DNA of 44,105 nt from Candidatus Omnitrophota bacterium. Its GTDB lineage: Bacteria > Omnitrophota > Gorgyraeia > Zapsychrales > Fredricksoniimonadaceae. The stretch lies in assembly GCA_015233375.1 (NCBI GenBank), contig JADFXW010000002.1, positions 1 through 44,105 of the forward strand. Direction: 5' to 3'. The number at the start of each line of letters is the position of its first letter. The first letter of the stretch is position 1. The position numbers and the translations under genes are program-made. Positions 42,414 to 44,105 of the stretch are shown here, one piece after another. Below the pieces are notes generated by a model. The model was given only the letters and a program-made list of their open reading frames with translations, was not told the origin of the DNA and made no database searches.

Positions 42414-43906
42414 AGAATTTTTATGCATGGGTCATGGCAGGATTAGTGGTCTATATCTTTTCAGGCCTGGCCTTTTGCCAATTATTATCAGCGGACGCTT
42501 GCAATTACCTTAATATAGCCCAGAACATTGCCCATCATAAAGGCTTTGTGATTAGTTATAATTCCGCGCAAATTTTTAATACCCTGTATTATCCTATTTG
42601 GCCCTATTATCAATTTTTATACCCACTTTTTTGTTCTTTGTTTATTGCGCACGGCGGGATCATTGGGGTGATAAAGGTCAATGTCGTTTTGTTTGCTGTG
42701 AATGCGGCCATCATCTTTTATGTTATTCAGAAATTAATCCCAACACGATTAAATATCTTGTTTCTCCTGTATCTGGTATTCAGCACGAACGTTTATCTTT
42801 CCGCTATTTATCCGTGGACTGAACAGCTGCATTTTTTATGTTTTATTTTAACCTTCATGGCTTTTTTAAAATATGCCCATAATCAAAAAGCTTTGGTGTT
42901 GTTAGGTTTTTTAAATAGCGTCTTGCTTCTGTTGAGGGAATCTCATTCCTTTATTATTTTAGGTTATTTATTATTTATCCTTATGGGAGGGCTGCCCATC
43001 CAGGGCCGTATCAAATCCTTAGTGTCTTTTATCACAGGGGTTCTTTTATTTTATGTCCCCTACCAGTGGTGGTGTTATGGGTCAACCCACGCTTTTTATC
43101 CACAAAATGCCAAAGGGTCTATAATTTTCTCAATGTCAGGTTATACGAATCGTGTGATTTATGATATTTCAAAGGTTGGTCCGCAACTGACCCTAAGTCC
43201 TTTTTTTACAATTGAGCATATGATAAATATTAAGAAACATATTTCTGATATCTTGCATCAAATGTCGGCCTTTATGATTCCTTGTTTTTTTTATTATTTA
43301 TTGCCTGAGCAAAAAAGAAAGGATGGAGGGCTGGTTGGGCTTGCGTTTTGTCAAAGCCTTACGGGGATTTTGGGTTTTTCTTTATCATTTTATATGTTTG
43401 ATTATTTTGATGCCATCAGGTATTCGATGGTCCATTTTATTTTAATTAGTATCGCAGGCTGGTATTGTTTGTATCAAGGATTGGCTATTTCAGCATCGAG
43501 GGTCTGGCGGACAATCATGGTTATTGTCTTGGTTGTTTTAGTGTTGCCTTTAAGTATTCAATTTTTTGATAATAGAGAAGCTTTATTAAGAAATCCCCGA
43601 TGGGTTTCTCTGCCCTATGAGAAGGATTTGTTTGCGGCGTATCAATGGATTGATAATAATTTGCCCCCAGAGGCCTTGATTGCCTCAGATGAAAGACAGG
43701 AAGCGTATTTGATGCATCGTCCATTTGTGAATGTGCCTGAAGGCAAGGCCTTTACTTGTGAGAATTTATCGAGGTTTCAAAAGATTTATGCACCAGATTA
43801 TTATCTATTGTCTGACAAGATTTTAGGTACTTGTTTGGAGCCTGCCAATTATTCAGTGATATTCGTTAATCACCATTTAAGGCTTTTAAAATCTAAAACC
43901 AGTTAA
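42386..43906 (+). CDS. GT-C-like (ArnT/PMT_2-like) polytopic membrane glycosyltransferase
   Basis: 506 aa and polytopic with a soluble C-terminal domain. Post-TM1 motif ADACNYLNIAQNIAHHKGF resembles the D-x-x-x-Y..A.N...G.G loop of ArnT-like enzymes. An alternative start at 42434 avoids the 28-nt overlap. Confidence 0.6.
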   Translation: MRFLIDFFLKNFYAWVMAGLVVYIFSGLAFCQLLSADACNYLNIAQNIAHHKGFVISYNSAQIFNTLYYPIWPYYQFLYPLFCSLFIAHGGIIGVIKVNVVLFAVNAAIIFYVIQKLIPTRLNILFLLYLVFSTNVYLSAIYPWTEQLHFLCFILTFMAFLKYAHNQKALVLLGFLNSVLLLLRESHSFIILGYLLFILMGGLPIQGRIKSLVSFITGVLLFYVPYQWWCYGSTHAFYPQNAKGSIIFSMSGYTNRVIYDISKVGPQLTLSPFFTIEHMINIKKHISDILHQMSAFMIPCFFYYLLPEQKRKDGGLVGLAFCQSLTGILGFSLSFYMFDYFDAIRYSMVHFILISIAGWYCLYQGLAISASRVWRTIMVIVLVVLVLPLSIQFFDNREALLRNPRWVSLPYEKDLFAAYQWIDNNLPPEALIASDERQEAYLMHRPFVNVPEGKAFTCENLSRFQKIYAPDYYLLSDKILGTCLEPANYSVIFVNHHLRLLKSKTS

Positions 43907-44105
43907 AAATTGTGGCTCTTTGAAATTTTGAATGGGTAGCAAAGCTTAATCTTACGCGGGGCCTGTCTTGGCCGGCGTGTTAACGTGCTCCTCTTGGCGA
44001 ATGGCAACCCTATCAGCGGCCAGAAAGGGGGTTTCCCTTTACCGCTGACTTGGGCACTGGTCGTGCGCTCGTTAACACGCCGGCCAAGACACCCGCTAAT
44101 CTATA
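43907..44105 (+). repeat. Mosaic repeat unit ('filled' copy), truncated by the window end
   Basis: AAATTGTGGCTCTTTGAAATTTTGAATGGGTAGCAAAGCTTAATCTTACGCGGGG ... CACCCGCTAATCTATA matches 34183-34260 on both sides of an inserted hairpin. Confidence 0.85.
43965..44090. repeat. GC-rich 126-nt hairpin nested in the repeat unit
   Basis: A perfect 21-bp outer stem GTCTTGGCCGGCGTGTTAACG / CGTTAACACGCCGGCCAAGAC. An inner hairpin TCAGCGG..AAAGGG-ggttt-CCCTTT..CCGCTGA. Markedly more GC-rich than its surroundings. Confidence 0.8.

Noticed and set aside
43285-43292. Homopolymer tracts inside surface-glycan genes (T8 at 43285-43292; A8 at 26499-26506) as slipped-strand phase-variation switches
   Set aside because: Runs of 7-8 A or T are common throughout this AT-rich window, including in housekeeping-type genes. 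Without read-level length variation there is no support.
2249-43724. About 45 short (60-150 aa) nested or antisense ORFs in the track, for example 2249..2443, 4580..4834, 5733..6276, 6577..7655, 9182..9631, 20685..21125, 25414..25713, 36844..37183, 41949..42215 and 43521..43724
   Set aside because: Each lies wholly inside a longer ORF that carries recognisable family motifs. They are typical shadow ORFs of AT-rich coding DNA, and no independent signals were seen.
43965-44090. GC-rich hairpin as a tRNA, tmRNA or other known small RNA
   Set aside because: The 21-bp perfect closing stem and the lack of a cloverleaf or T-loop (GTTCRANY) are incompatible with a tRNA. I recognise no other RNA family signature by eye.
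16144-44105. CRISPR array
   Set aside because: The repeats are long palindromes kilobases apart and separated by genes. They are not short direct repeats with uniform spacers, and no cas genes are present.

Overview
AT-rich bacterial window, lineage not identifiable by eye. All calls come from manual motif reading, with no database search. The window is one large envelope-glycan or glycoconjugate biosynthesis island with two unusual layers.

(1) Radical-SAM enzymes. The minus-strand half (2.1-24.9 kb) holds nine radical-SAM proteins carrying ten CX3CX2C domains. One tightly overlapping operon (16.3-24.9 kb) encodes:
- an 833-aa fusion of a B12-binding radical-SAM domain and a MiaB-like domain;
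- a stand-alone MiaB-like paralog;
- two HemN-like paralogs;
- another B12-binding radical-SAM protein;
- a PanE/ApbA-like reductase.
I cannot assign this set to any known pathway.

The rest of the minus-strand half holds a duplicated GT-C membrane glycosyltransferase, a tandem pair of radical-SAM proteins without a SPASM domain, a PaaK/CapK-like adenylating enzyme, a DegT-type aminotransferase and an MBOAT plus DltD-like pair. At the far left, a cobalamin riboswitch controls a truncated TonB-dependent receptor.

The plus-strand half (25.1-43.9 kb) encodes an AsnB-like amidotransferase, GT4, GT2 and CgeB-like transferases, a CE4 deacetylase, a FemAB/CelD-like GNAT, a methyltransferase, an acyltransferase-3 and three more GT-C-like membrane proteins. 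No Wzx, Wzy, ABC exporter or priming transferase was recognised.

(2) Intergenic repeats. The intergenic DNA is a mosaic of repeated modules. Four palindromes of about 180 nt have covarying stems, conserved extrahelical bases and a conserved apical loop. They occur in three different internal inversion ('flip/flop') states. They are framed by conserved junction motifs, and one GC-rich hairpin shows a filled versus empty site pair. No transposase, integrase, CRISPR array, tRNA or rRNA was seen.
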